Positions 30,282-40,454 of a DNA stretch of 64,000 nt are shown piece by piece. The position numbers and the translations under genes are program-made. This DNA comes from an uncultured delta proteobacterium (lineage in GTDB: Bacteria; Desulfobacterota; Binatia; JACPRU01), in contig CAVUWD010000006.1 of the NCBI GenBank assembly GCA_963745025.1, positions 532,211 through 596,210 of the forward strand. Direction: 5' to 3'. Within the stretch, counting starts at the first letter, position 1; the number at the start of each line of letters is the position of its first letter. The notes beneath the pieces were generated by a model. The model did no database searches and was not told where the DNA came from. It saw only the letters and a list, made by a program, of their open reading frames with translations.

Positions 30282-33200
30282 CTCGCGGCCTCCGCCCCTC
30301 GCCCCGCAGTCACGATCGCCGAGAGCTCTTCGACGAGCGCGCGCGAGGGACGATCGTGGAACACGCCATAACCGCGAGGATGATCCGGCGACATACCGCG
30401 CACGAACAAGTAGTACACGCCGCCGAAGTGCGTCTCGTAGTCGTAGCCGGGAACGCAATTGCGAAGATGGCGATGAACCGCCACGGCGTAGAGGTGGTAC
30501 TGAAGGAAGAAGTGGTGTTGCGCCATGGCGTGGATCAGGCGTGAGGGGCGGTAGTCGTCGGGCGCGGAGCCGAGAAAGCTCGACTTGTAGTCGACGACGT
30601 ACCAGCGCCCTCGGTGCTCGAAGACGAGGTCGACGAAGCCGCGCAGGAAGCCCGCGAGCGGTTGGAAGCGCAGGCGCGCGACCCGTTCCGGGTAGTCCGC
30701 CGCGGCGCCTTGCCACCGCGCGCGGAGCGTTGCCGCGAGCGTCTGCGGGGTCAGCGCTCGCGAAGCGTCCGCCACGGGAAACACGAACTCCATCTCGTTG
30801 ATTCTTTGCCGCAGCGAGAGATCGCCGAGCAGGAGATCTCCCGCCGCGCCGCCGAGCGGGGTCGACACGACGTCCCGGACCGACCGGCAGAGCTTGTCGG
30901 CCCATTCGACCCCGAGTCCGTACGACCGAAGCCTGCGCTCCACCTCCGCGCGGAAGCCGCCGTCGTCGGTCCGCGTGAAATCGAGGTGCTCGAAGACTTC
31001 GTGGATGAGATCGCCGACGCGCGCCCCGCGCGGAAAATCATCGAGAACGATTCGGCGAGCGGCGGCTCGCCGCTGCGCGGCTTCCTCGGCGAGCGGCTCG
31101 TCGGCGATCTCGTCGTGATCGATGCCTTCGCTGGCAGGCTCGCTCACGCTGTCGCCGCCCGCGGCGAGCGCCGTGAAGCTCGACAGGCGCCACGTCGTGG
31201 CAAGCGGTGGACGCCGCGTCGCTCGCGGCGCGAGGGCGCCGATCGCCGCCGGCCGCACCCGGTACGGAGGACCCGCGGAGGTCGGCAAGTCGGCCACCTC
31301 GATGGCGCCGCCTGCCTCCCGCACGAGCCGCTCGAGGTCGTCGCGGATCGTTTCCAACGAAGCCGTGCGCTCGCCGACCGCGGCGACGACTTGGGCGAGG
31401 CTCGCGGAGTCCGCCAGATCGGCCGGCCGATGGAGCAGGTATCCCAGCGCGGACGACCCGCCGCCGGCAAATGCGCCCCAGACGATCGTGCAGCGATGCC
31501 TGGCGCGCGTGACCGCGACGTAGAGGAGCCTCAGGTTCTCGGCCAATTCCTCGAGATCGGCGTGCTCCTTGTGGTCGTTCCAGTGCTCCGAGCCGAGGTC
31601 GAGCTCCGCCCTCCACCCGCGCTCCGGGGCGTGGAAGCGGACGGGTTCGCCGGGCTTTTTGTCGAAGAGATTTCCCCAGAGAAACGGGCAGTACACGACC
31701 GGGTACTCGAGGCCCTTCGCCTGGTGGATCGTCGTGATCTTGACGCGCTTGGCGTCACTCTCCAGACGAATCTGCTCCGCCTCGGCCGCCAGGTCGCCGC
31801 GAGACAAAGCGTCGCGACGCATTCGGTGCAGCCACTCGATGAGCGCCAGCGGTCCGCGATGGGACTCCGCGGCCGCATTCTGCAGCAGCTCCGCCACGTG
31901 AAGCACGTTGGTCAACCGGCGCTCGCCGTCGAGATGCTCGAGCAGCCTCGCCTGCACGCCGAGACCGTCGAGCATGCGGCGAAACGCCGGAACGAAGCCA
32001 TCCGTGGCCCAGCGCTCGCGGAGCTCCGCGAACTGCCGCATGCGCTCGTCCCACGCCTGCTCGTCGCGCTGGAGCGCGGCCAGATCCACGGCGTCGAGCC
32101 CGATCATCGCCGTGGCGAGGGCGGCGCGCAGCGCCGACGCGTCGCCAGGATCCGCCATCGCCAGCAGCACCCGCTCGATCTCGCCTGCCTCCGCCGTGTC
32201 GAAGACGCTCGAGTCGCCCTGCAGCACGCTGGGAACGTAGAGCTTCTGGAGCTCGGCCTGAATGAAGCGTGCCTGCTTGTTGCTGCGGCAGAGAACCGCG
32301 AGGTCTCCGGCCTCGAGGTCACGATCGCCGATCCTCCCGCCCGACTGCAGGAGGCGCGAGATCTCGGCCGCCACAAGGGCCGGCAAGAGCTCTTCGCCCC
32401 GCGCCCTGCCGATCTTCTCCTCCGGCCACAGCAGGATCTGAAACGGCGCCTTGCCCTCGAGGGCGCCTCCGAGAGGCTCGCGGGCCTCGGCAGCCGGCCT
32501 CACCGGCTCGAAGTCGATGCGATCGAGAAGAAACGGCCGGCGGGGACCGCGGAAGAGCGCGTTCACGGCGTCGATCAGCCTCGCGTCGGACCGATAGTTG
32601 GTGTCGAGGGTGTGCCGGCGGTCACCGGCATCGTCGCGCGCAGCCATGTAGGTGTACACGTCGGCGCCGCGGAAGGAGTAGATCGCCTGCTTCGGGTCGC
32701 CGATCAGGAAAAGCGGCTGGTCACGCCCGCCGTAGATCCGGCGGAAGATCTCGTACTGAACGGGGTCCGTGTCCTGAAACTCGTCGATGAGAGCGGCATG
32801 GAAACGATTCGCGATCGCTTCGCGCAGTTGCTGTCCTCCGCCTCCGGCGAGCGCGTCGGCGAGGCGGTGGAGGAGGTCGTCGAACGACTGCCGGTTCGCG
32901 TCTTCCTTGCGCCTGCGGAGCTCGCTCCGCGCGTACTCGACGAAGTCGCGGCGGAGCCACAGAGCATGGCGCTCGAGCACGCGCTCGAGCGCGCGGTCTT
33001 CCCCGAGCAGACGATCGCACGCGGCGAAGAACTCGTGCGTCGGCGGCGGCGAGCGCTTCGCCCCCTTGCGGACTTCCGCCGTCGTGAACTTCCCGAACCG
33101 CCGGAACTTGTCGCAAAGCCCAGGCATGCCTGCGAGGAGATGCGCGTCCATCGCTTGCGCCCATGCCCTCACCCAATCGGGGCGGTAATAGGTGCCGCTC

Positions 33201-33934
33201 ATCCGCTGCCGATCGCTCAATGTCGCAACGATCTCCTCTCGCCGGGCGTTCCAGACCTCCGCTGCCCGGCCGAGAGCCGCGCGCCATGCCGCGTATGCGG
33301 CGTCGACGTCGGGCCGCTCGACGGTTTCGGGGAGGATCGTCAGGCGCGGATTCGATCCGGCCGCGCGCGCCAAGCGGTCCAGCGCGAGTTGCCGGACCCC
33401 GTGCCGCGCGGCGGCGCGCACAACCGGCTCCGGGGCCTCGACGAGGCGGAGGGCGAGAAAGTCGCGAACCACCTCGTCGCGCAGCACGACCGGTTCGCCG
33501 GCGAGCTCGGCGTCGAATGGGGCGCGGCTCTCGAACGCGTTCTCCTGCAGCATCCTTTGGCAGAAGCCATGGATCGTGAAGATCGCCGCCTCGTCGAAGT
33601 CCTGAAGCGCGCGGACGAGCCGCACGCAGTCGCGGCCAAGCGAGCCTGCGGCATTCCTCGCTTCGAGCAGCGCCGCGAGGATTGCATCGCGACCGGCGTT
33701 TTGCTGGCGGAAGGCGGCGAGCGCCTCGCGAACGCGCTCGCGGATGCGGTCGCGGAGCTCGGCCGTCGCCGCGTTGGTGTAGGTGACGACCAGGATCTGG
33801 CGCACGTCGAGCGGGATCTCGAGAAGGCATCGCAGATAGAGCGTGGTGATCGTGTGGGTCTTGCCGGTGCCCGCGCTCGCCTCGATGAGCGTCGTCGAAG
33901 CGAGCGGCACGGTGACCGGATCCAGCACGTTCAC
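30278..33934 (-). CDS. recB: Exodeoxyribonuclease V beta subunit
   Basis: IEASAGTGKT, TIHGFC, DEFQDTD, GDPKQAIY, nuclease GFVDL...DYK. Confidence 0.95.
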   Translation of the reverse strand: MNVLDPVTVPLASTTLIEASAGTGKTHTITTLYLRCLLEIPLDVRQILVVTYTNAATAELRDRIRERVREALAAFRQQNAGRDAILAALLEARNAAGSLGRDCVRLVRALQDFDEAAIFTIHGFCQRMLQENAFESRAPFDAELAGEPVVLRDEVVRDFLALRLVEAPEPVVRAAARHGVRQLALDRLARAAGSNPRLTILPETVERPDVDAAYAAWRAALGRAAEVWNARREEIVATLSDRQRMSGTYYRPDWVRAWAQAMDAHLLAGMPGLCDKFRRFGKFTTAEVRKGAKRSPPPTHEFFAACDRLLGEDRALERVLERHALWLRRDFVEYARSELRRRKEDANRQSFDDLLHRLADALAGGGGQQLREAIANRFHAALIDEFQDTDPVQYEIFRRIYGGRDQPLFLIGDPKQAIYSFRGADVYTYMAARDDAGDRRHTLDTNYRSDARLIDAVNALFRGPRRPFLLDRIDFEPVRPAAEAREPLGGALEGKAPFQILLWPEEKIGRARGEELLPALVAAEISRLLQSGGRIGDRDLEAGDLAVLCRSNKQARFIQAELQKLYVPSVLQGDSSVFDTAEAGEIERVLLAMADPGDASALRAALATAMIGLDAVDLAALQRDEQAWDERMRQFAELRERWATDGFVPAFRRMLDGLGVQARLLEHLDGERRLTNVLHVAELLQNAAAESHRGPLALIEWLHRMRRDALSRGDLAAEAEQIRLESDAKRVKITTIHQAKGLEYPVVYCPFLWGNLFDKKPGEPVRFHAPERGWRAELDLGSEHWNDHKEHADLEELAENLRLLYVAVTRARHRCTIVWGAFAGGGSSALGYLLHRPADLADSASLAQVVAAVGERTASLETIRDDLERLVREAGGAIEVADLPTSAGPPYRVRPAAIGALAPRATRRPPLATTWRLSSFTALAAGGDSVSEPASEGIDHDEIADEPLAEEAAQRRAAARRIVLDDFPRGARVGDLIHEVFEHLDFTRTDDGGFRAEVERRLRSYGLGVEWADKLCRSVRDVVSTPLGGAAGDLLLGDLSLRQRINEMEFVFPVADASRALTPQTLAATLRARWQGAAADYPERVARLRFQPLAGFLRGFVDLVFEHRGRWYVVDYKSSFLGSAPDDYRPSRLIHAMAQHHFFLQYHLYAVAVHRHLRNCVPGYDYETHFGGVYYLFVRGMSPDHPRGYGVFHDRPSRALVEELSAIVTAGRGAEAAR

Positions 33935-36900
33935 GCGGATTCCCCGGCGCGGCGGTCGACGAGCGGCCCGCAAATGGCGAGTGCCAGATCGCGAAACGAG
34001 GGAGGCTCGTGCGCGGCGCCGTCGAAGAGGCGGAAGTCCGGCCGCAGCGGATCGCGGCCCCCGAACGCGAGAGCCACGTACGGATCGTCTCGCTCGGGGT
34101 GCGAGTTGCGGCTGCCGAGAAACTTCTGACGTGCCTCGGAGAGCGCTTTGGCTTCGTCTCCGTCTTTGCGAAGCACCTCCACGAAGCGAAGCGACGCCAC
34201 GGGAAAAAACGGCAGTGGCAGCGTCGAGCCGAGCCGATGGAATTCGAGTAGGCTCCCCAGCAGCGCGCGAGCCTCGTCCGTTCCGACGGCGCCGAAGCGG
34301 ATCACCTCGGCCCCGTCGTTCGCCGAGCGGGCGACGAGAACGGTCGTCCGGGAAATGCCCGCAGGGGGTTCGAGACACAGAGCGAGGTGGCGGATCCACG
34401 ACCCGAGCTCGTGCTTCGCGGCCCGCTTCGAGTATTGCCATCGCGCCTGACCGCTCCGCCAGAGATCGTGGATCACACCCGTGAGTCGCACGTCGCCGAA
34501 CGTCTGGTCGATCGACAGCGCCTCCAGGCGCTCGCCGTCGACCCCGCGTCTCGCCGCGTCGGCCACCATCTCCGCCGCGTGTGAGAGCTGTTCGTAGAGG
34601 CACCGCCCCGGCGTTCCCTGCGGAAGCTTGCCGCCGGCCGACACCGAAACAAAGGCCGCCGCGAGATCCTCGCCCGCCATCCTGCGGCGAAGCAGCTCTT
34701 GACCGATTGCCCATTCCGCGAGCTCATCGAGCTCGAGGGGATCACGTGCGTCGACCACGCCCTCATCGCGAATCGTGAGGCCGAGCCGCCGCTGCAGAAA
34801 GCCCCGGGATGGATTCTCGAAGAACCGAACGAGCTCGTCGATCGTGACGAGAGCGGAGGACTCGGGGTCGGGCGGGAGCGGCTCGCGTACGAACAAACGA
34901 CCCACCCGGCGCTCCCCGACGAGCGTCTCCGCGCTTGAAACGTAGATCGTCGCGTAGCTGAACAGACGCTCGTCCGGATGCGGATCGGCGCCGAAGTAGC
35001 GGGGGCTGAAGGGCTGGAGCGGATGCCGCACGACGATGCGCTCGCGCACACTTCCGCCCTTGCGGTTCGTTGCCGGCGCGAGCTGGAACGACTCGTCGAG
35101 CGCGTCGAGGAGATCGCTCACCACGACCGAAGGCGGGAGCTCGCTGTTGTCGCGGATGCTTTGGCCGACGTAGCTGACGAGGAAATGCTCGCGCGCCGAG
35201 AGCAGCGCCTCGAGGAAGAGGTAGCGGTCGTCGTCGCGTTGCGAGCGATCCCCGCGCCGCGGCCGAGCCGCGATCCGATCGAATCCGGGCGCACGGCGGA
35301 TGCGCGGAAAGGACCCGTCGTTCATGCCGAGAAGGCAGACGACCCGGAACGGAATCGAGCGCATGGGCACGAGCGCGCAAAACGTCACGCCCTGCGAAAG
35401 GAAGCCGCTCGAGTGGACGTTGTCGCGAAACCCGAGATCGAGCTCCGAGACGAAGGTGTCGAGCGGCAGGGCCTCGTCAAACCCCCCTTGGCTCGCGCGC
35501 TCGGCGAGCTCCGCCAGAGCGGTCCGGATCATCTGATGCTGACGACGGTTGAGCCTCGTCTCCGCCACCATGCGCTCGAGAAGACGCGCGAGATCGCCGC
35601 TCCAACGGATCGGCGGCCGCGGTGCGTGGAGCTCCCGCCGAAAGCGAAAGAGCTCATCACAGAAGTCGAGGAATCGGCCGAGCAGATCCGGAGCGTCGCC
35701 TTCGACACCGTCGAACGGCAGAACCCCGCTCCAGCACGTGCGCCCCTGCCCTTCGATCGCGTGACCGAGCAGCAGCCGATCGAGGCCGAACCGCCAGGTA
35801 TTGGCGACCGCCGCCAGGTGCCCGGCTTCGCGCCGATGCTCCGCGTCCGCTCCCCAGCGAATCCCCGTTTCGCCGACCCATTGGCGCAACACGTCGAGAT
35901 CCTCGGCCTCGATGCCGAAGCGCAGGCGCACGGCGTCGATCATCAGCAGGTCGAGCACCTCGGTTGCCGTCATTCGGCCTCGCAACGCTTCGATCAGGCG
36001 AGAGAAGGCGTCGATCACCTCGTCGATGGTTCGCCGGCTCCGGTCGGCGATGTGATACGGAATCACTCGCCGGCCCGGCTGCGCGCCCGGAACGCGGCCA
36101 AACACGGCGTCGACGTAGGGGGCATAGGCGTCGATCACCGGGCTCATCACGACGATGTCGCGAGGCTCGAGCGTCGAATCCTTTTCGAACAGGTCGCACA
36201 GCTGGTCGTGCAGGACTTCGACTTCGCGCATCGGCCCGTGGCAGGCGGCGACCGCGATCGATCCGTCGGCATCGGCAAGCTCGATCGCCGGCGATTCCGC
36301 GTCTCCCGCGGAGCGGCGGCGGAGATTCAGGATGTCGGATTGCAGCGTGCGAAGCATCGTCGCCCGCCCGGGCTCTTCGTAGGCTCCGTCATCGTCGATG
36401 TAATCGGCCGCCTCTTCGAGGATCCACTGGAATTCGCGCCCCAGGCGGCCGAGCGAGGCGAGCAGGGGGTTTCCCTCGCGAAGGTGCAGCGCCTCCACCC
36501 CCTCCCCTTCCGGATCGTCGCGGTTGGCGAGCTCGCGGATGATCTCTCGCTTCGAGCGGATGTCCGCCCAATATTCTCGCGACGGAGAGAGCAGAAAGAG
36601 ATGGACTTCGATCGTGCGCGAGAGTGCGACGAGCACCTGCAGGTAGAGTGGCGGCAGCGTCGAGACCCCGAAGACGCTCACGCGCACGGGAAGGCTCGCG
36701 AGGGGCTCGCTTCGCTCCGCCAGAGCGTGGAGCAGCACGTCGATCCGCGCCGCCATGTGCGTGCTGCCGTGCCGCCCGACCAGCGCCCGCCACAGATGCG
36801 CTTGCCAATCGCTTCCCCGTCCGCGCTCCCACCCGAGGACCAGCTCGGGACGGAAGACGACATACTGGTCGAACGTCGCCGCGATGCGAACCGCCAGCTG

Positions 36901-37278
36901 GAGTCGGCGCTTTGCGCCCGCGTCCTCCTGGAGGTACCTCGCGATCGGCGCGAACTCGGGCCGCTCTCGAAATTCCGGCAGAAGGGCGGCGATCGACCAG
37001 ACGAGCGCTTCGGGCTCGAAGGAGGCGCTTCGCGGATCGTCCTCGCCGAGTAGCGCCCGTGTCACTCGCGCGACGAACCGGCGCGGAAACGGAAAGTCGG
37101 GAACCGCCCAGATGCCGAACCGCTCGGCGAGGCGCATCGACAGCCAGCGCTCCATGCCGCGTCCCTGAACGACGATGCATTCGGGGTCGGTCGGGCCTCC
37201 GTGCCGTCGCGAGACCACGCCGCCGAGCGTATCGACGAGCTTCTCCATCCGGTTACTGCGATGAACGTAGAGCGACAT
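33931..37278 (-). CDS. recC: Exodeoxyribonuclease V gamma subunit
   Basis: HRSNRME, GNPLLASLGRLG, CHGPMREVEVLHD, PMRSIPFRVVCLLG, HPLQPFSPRYF. Confidence 0.95.
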   Translation of the reverse strand: MSLYVHRSNRMEKLVDTLGGVVSRRHGGPTDPECIVVQGRGMERWLSMRLAERFGIWAVPDFPFPRRFVARVTRALLGEDDPRSASFEPEALVWSIAALLPEFRERPEFAPIARYLQEDAGAKRRLQLAVRIAATFDQYVVFRPELVLGWERGRGSDWQAHLWRALVGRHGSTHMAARIDVLLHALAERSEPLASLPVRVSVFGVSTLPPLYLQVLVALSRTIEVHLFLLSPSREYWADIRSKREIIRELANRDDPEGEGVEALHLREGNPLLASLGRLGREFQWILEEAADYIDDDGAYEEPGRATMLRTLQSDILNLRRRSAGDAESPAIELADADGSIAVAACHGPMREVEVLHDQLCDLFEKDSTLEPRDIVVMSPVIDAYAPYVDAVFGRVPGAQPGRRVIPYHIADRSRRTIDEVIDAFSRLIEALRGRMTATEVLDLLMIDAVRLRFGIEAEDLDVLRQWVGETGIRWGADAEHRREAGHLAAVANTWRFGLDRLLLGHAIEGQGRTCWSGVLPFDGVEGDAPDLLGRFLDFCDELFRFRRELHAPRPPIRWSGDLARLLERMVAETRLNRRQHQMIRTALAELAERASQGGFDEALPLDTFVSELDLGFRDNVHSSGFLSQGVTFCALVPMRSIPFRVVCLLGMNDGSFPRIRRAPGFDRIAARPRRGDRSQRDDDRYLFLEALLSAREHFLVSYVGQSIRDNSELPPSVVVSDLLDALDESFQLAPATNRKGGSVRERIVVRHPLQPFSPRYFGADPHPDERLFSYATIYVSSAETLVGERRVGRLFVREPLPPDPESSALVTIDELVRFFENPSRGFLQRRLGLTIRDEGVVDARDPLELDELAEWAIGQELLRRRMAGEDLAAAFVSVSAGGKLPQGTPGRCLYEQLSHAAEMVADAARRGVDGERLEALSIDQTFGDVRLTGVIHDLWRSGQARWQYSKRAAKHELGSWIRHLALCLEPPAGISRTTVLVARSANDGAEVIRFGAVGTDEARALLGSLLEFHRLGSTLPLPFFPVASLRFVEVLRKDGDEAKALSEARQKFLGSRNSHPERDDPYVALAFGGRDPLRPDFRLFDGAAHEPPSFRDLALAICGPLVDRRAGESA

Positions 37279-37536
37279 GCCAGCTTCGACTCGCGCCTGC
37301 GCGGGCACGTGAATCATAGGCCGGGGCAGCCGACAACGCTTGTCCATCGCGCGAGCTCACAGGCGAGGTGGCCGGTCTCGGCGGTCGCATCTTCCGCGGA
37401 ACACCGCCCGCCTGGAGTGGGTCGGCAGGCGGCCCGGGGCAGAGGACCTTTGATAATACGAGAACGCCGGGGCATACAGGTCCTCTGCGCGAGCGAGCGC
37501 ACAGAGCAAGTAAGACAAGCAAGAAGGGAGATCATC

Positions 37537-37953
37537 ATGCCGAAGGTTGCCGGATCATGCCTTTGCGGTAGCGTTCGCTACCAAGGCGAGGCGGAACCCC
37601 TCATGACCGGGGTGTGCCATTGCGACAACTGCCAGCGACAGACCGGCACCGCCTTTTCCATAGTCGTCGGTGTTCCCGCGGGTTCCCTGCGCTTCGAGGG
37701 AGAGGAGAATCTCGGCACCTACCGGGATCGGGGCATCAGCGGCAAGGCCGTGAATCGGCGCTTCTGTCGAAACTGCGGATCGCCGATCGTGTCCTTGGCC
37801 GAGATCATGCCGGACGTCCATTTCATCAAGGCCGGGACGCTCCACGACCGATCGTGGCTCAAGCCGACCGCCCACTTTTGGTGCGACACGGCGCAGCCGT
37901 GGGTCGAGATCGGCGGAGACGTCGCCAAGTTCCCGAAGAACCCCGAGGGCTGA
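37537..37953 (+). CDS. GFA family (Mss4-like) Zn protein
   Basis: GSCLCG, CHCDNCQR, FCRNCGSP. Confidence 0.9.
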   Translation: MPKVAGSCLCGSVRYQGEAEPLMTGVCHCDNCQRQTGTAFSIVVGVPAGSLRFEGEENLGTYRDRGISGKAVNRRFCRNCGSPIVSLAEIMPDVHFIKAGTLHDRSWLKPTAHFWCDTAQPWVEIGGDVAKFPKNPEG

Positions 37954-38106
37954 GCGAGGGCCCGGGCGATCGCGCCCGCTCTGCGCGGGCTCGCCTGACT
38001 TCTGGTCGGTCGATTCGACCGTCAGGGCGCCGAGCGCGGGCGCGGACGGACCTGGATCGAAACCTCACTAGGCCGGCGCTCGTCCCCATCCTCGCTCCGG
38101 CGTGGT

Positions 38107-39096
38107 ATGAAGTACCTCGCGATGGAAGGGCTCATCAACTGCGTCGCGTACGCCGGCGACGGCCGGCGGCTCGGCGAGGTCGACATCGATGACATCAGCG
38201 AGATCCTCAAGTTTCCGGGTCAGTTCATCTGGATCGGACTCTACGAGCCCGACGAGGAGCTGCTGCGCGAGGTGCAGCAGGAGTTCAACCTCCACGACCT
38301 GGCCATCGAGGACGCGCACGCCGCGCACCAGCGACCGAAGCTCGAGGAGTACGGCGACTCGCTCTTCGTGGTGCTGCGCACCGCCCAGCGTGTAGAGGGC
38401 GAGATCCGCTTCGGTGAGACCCACATCTTCGTCGGTCCCCGCTACATCGTCTCGGTCCGGCACGGCGCCTCGCTCACCTACAAGGACGTCCGCAGGCGCT
38501 GCGAGTCGTCGCCGCACATCCTGAAGCACGGGCCGGGCTTCGTCCTCTATGCGATCATGGACTTCGTCGTCGACAACTACTTTCCGCTGGTCAAGGACCT
38601 CGAGGAGGAGATCGAGACGCTCGAGGAGGCGCTCTTCGCGGCCGACTCGCATAAGGATGTCACGCGCCGCATCTACGAGCTCAAGTCGCAGCTCCTCCAG
38701 CTCAAGCGTGCGATCTCGCCGCTGATGGACGTCTGCAACCGGCTGGTGCGCTTCGATCTCACGCTGATCCAGCCCGAGGCGCGCCTCTATTTCCGGGACG
38801 TCTACGACCACGTGATCCGCATCAACGAGACCGTCGATACCGCGCGCGAGCTCATGATCGGCGCTCTCGAGACCAACCTCGCGCTCGCCTCGGTGCGCCA
38901 GAACGAAGTCATGAAGAAGCTCGCCGGCTGGGCGGCGATCCTCGCCGTGCCGACCATGGTCGCGGGCATCTACGGCATGAACTTCGAGTTCATGCCGGAG
39001 CTGCACTCGCGCTGGGGCTACCCGGCGGCGCTCGGCGGAATGTTCACCACCTGCGGCATCCTCTATTGGAACTTCAAGCGCCTCGGCTGGTTCTGA
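38107..39096 (+). CDS. corA: CorA Mg/Co transporter
   Basis: HQRPKLE, YFRDVYDH, YGMNF. Confidence 0.95.
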   Translation: MKYLAMEGLINCVAYAGDGRRLGEVDIDDISEILKFPGQFIWIGLYEPDEELLREVQQEFNLHDLAIEDAHAAHQRPKLEEYGDSLFVVLRTAQRVEGEIRFGETHIFVGPRYIVSVRHGASLTYKDVRRRCESSPHILKHGPGFVLYAIMDFVVDNYFPLVKDLEEEIETLEEALFAADSHKDVTRRIYELKSQLLQLKRAISPLMDVCNRLVRFDLTLIQPEARLYFRDVYDHVIRINETVDTARELMIGALETNLALASVRQNEVMKKLAGWAAILAVPTMVAGIYGMNFEFMPELHSRWGYPAALGGMFTTCGILYWNFKRLGWF

Positions 39097-39156
39097 GGAT
39101 TTGCCGTGGGGTCGGGGGCTGGTACCCACTGAGCCGCATCGGCAAGCCCGAAACTT

Positions 39157-40449
39157 CTACTTGCCTTGCTTCAAGAGCCCCTGCAGGGTGAACTGTGCCG
39201 GGCGGATCTGCGGGCTGTTGACGTAGGCGACGCTGCCTGGTCCGGCGACCGTCGTCGCGGTGGCCCGGTCGTTCTTGTCGTCGACGAACAGGCTCATCGC
39301 GACCACGGGATAGCAGCGTTCGCTCTTCGCGGCGCACGACATGCCCAGATCGACGAGCACGGTCTTCCAATACTCGCCCGCGGGCGTGTCGATGACCTTG
39401 ACGTAGGCCTGGAACGTGTCGCGGTCGACGTAGAAGAGCTGACGCCCGTAGCTATAGTAGCGGTCTCGCGGATGCCCCTCGACGATCCACACTGGGCGTT
39501 TCACCCAGTACACGTTGGTCGGCGCCCAGGGCGCGCCGTCCCACCCCGCGACTTCGTATCCCCAGCGAATGCCCTGATAGTCGTCGCCGGTGACCCACTC
39601 GGTGCCGTTCTCCCAGCTTCGCCCGGCGTGCAACGGCTGGGGGTCGAGCGACATCGCGGGAACCAGAATCTCCTTCGAGCCGACGAGCTTCCAAGTGAAG
39701 GATTGGTTCTTTCCGGCCCACACGAGCCCGTCGTCGAGAGTCACGTCGGAGCCTGCGAGAGCGTCGGAGCGGTTGGCGGAGGTCGCCTGGCGCACGCGCC
39801 GGGCGAGCGGTACGTAGACCCAGAGCGAGTCCCAACGCGCGTCGCCGTAGCGCCAGGTGAGCGTGGCGATCCCCTCGACGTAGCTCGGCGCCGTCTGCAG
39901 CACGATCTCGCGATACTCGGTCTGCTCGGGGTTGCGAAGCGGCTTCCCCTCGCGGCCCGCGTACGCGACGGTGGTCGTCACCGCCTCGACGTTGCGCACT
40001 AGCCCGCCGCGTCCGAGGATGTGGATGTGCGATGGCACGCGCACCTGCGTGCGCTTGTAGACCGTGTACCACCGGTTCCACATGACCTTCACGCCGGCAT
40101 CGGGATCGCCCGGGTCGATCGCCGGAAAGGGTAGCCCGAAGACGAAGTCGGGACGGACTCGCGAGCGCGCATCGACGATGTTCAACTCCTCGTCGACCGT
40201 GTAGCGCCCCTGGTTGGCCGCGGACGCCGCCATGAAATCGTCGTCCCAACGGGGGGAGTAACGGAGCTCGCCGAGCCGCAGGCTCAAGTCGCCGCGCTCC
40301 ACCCAGCGGCGGATGGAGGGAAGCAGCAGATCGCCGACGTCGGCGAGGTCGGCGGCGCGTATCTCACGGGCCGGTGGAGGGGGCGGCGGCTCGGCTCGGG
40401 TGTCACGCACCGCGACCCAGAGCGAGATGGCGACGATGATCCGTACCAT
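39157..40449 (-). CDS. DUF1329 domain protein
   Basis: GLPFP.IDP.DP.AG.KVMWN, WVYVPLARRVR, YYSYGRQ.FYVD. Confidence 0.8.
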   Translation of the reverse strand: MVRIIVAISLWVAVRDTRAEPPPPPPAREIRAADLADVGDLLLPSIRRWVERGDLSLRLGELRYSPRWDDDFMAASAANQGRYTVDEELNIVDARSRVRPDFVFGLPFPAIDPGDPDAGVKVMWNRWYTVYKRTQVRVPSHIHILGRGGLVRNVEAVTTTVAYAGREGKPLRNPEQTEYREIVLQTAPSYVEGIATLTWRYGDARWDSLWVYVPLARRVRQATSANRSDALAGSDVTLDDGLVWAGKNQSFTWKLVGSKEILVPAMSLDPQPLHAGRSWENGTEWVTGDDYQGIRWGYEVAGWDGAPWAPTNVYWVKRPVWIVEGHPRDRYYSYGRQLFYVDRDTFQAYVKVIDTPAGEYWKTVLVDLGMSCAAKSERCYPVVAMSLFVDDKNDRATATTVAGPGSVAYVNSPQIRPAQFTLQGLLKQGK

Positions 40450-40454
40450 TCCCC

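Noticed and set aside
27897-37053. Long plus-strand ORFs of 650, 1171 and 691 aa
   Set aside because: GC-rich antisense shadows of recD, recB and recC.
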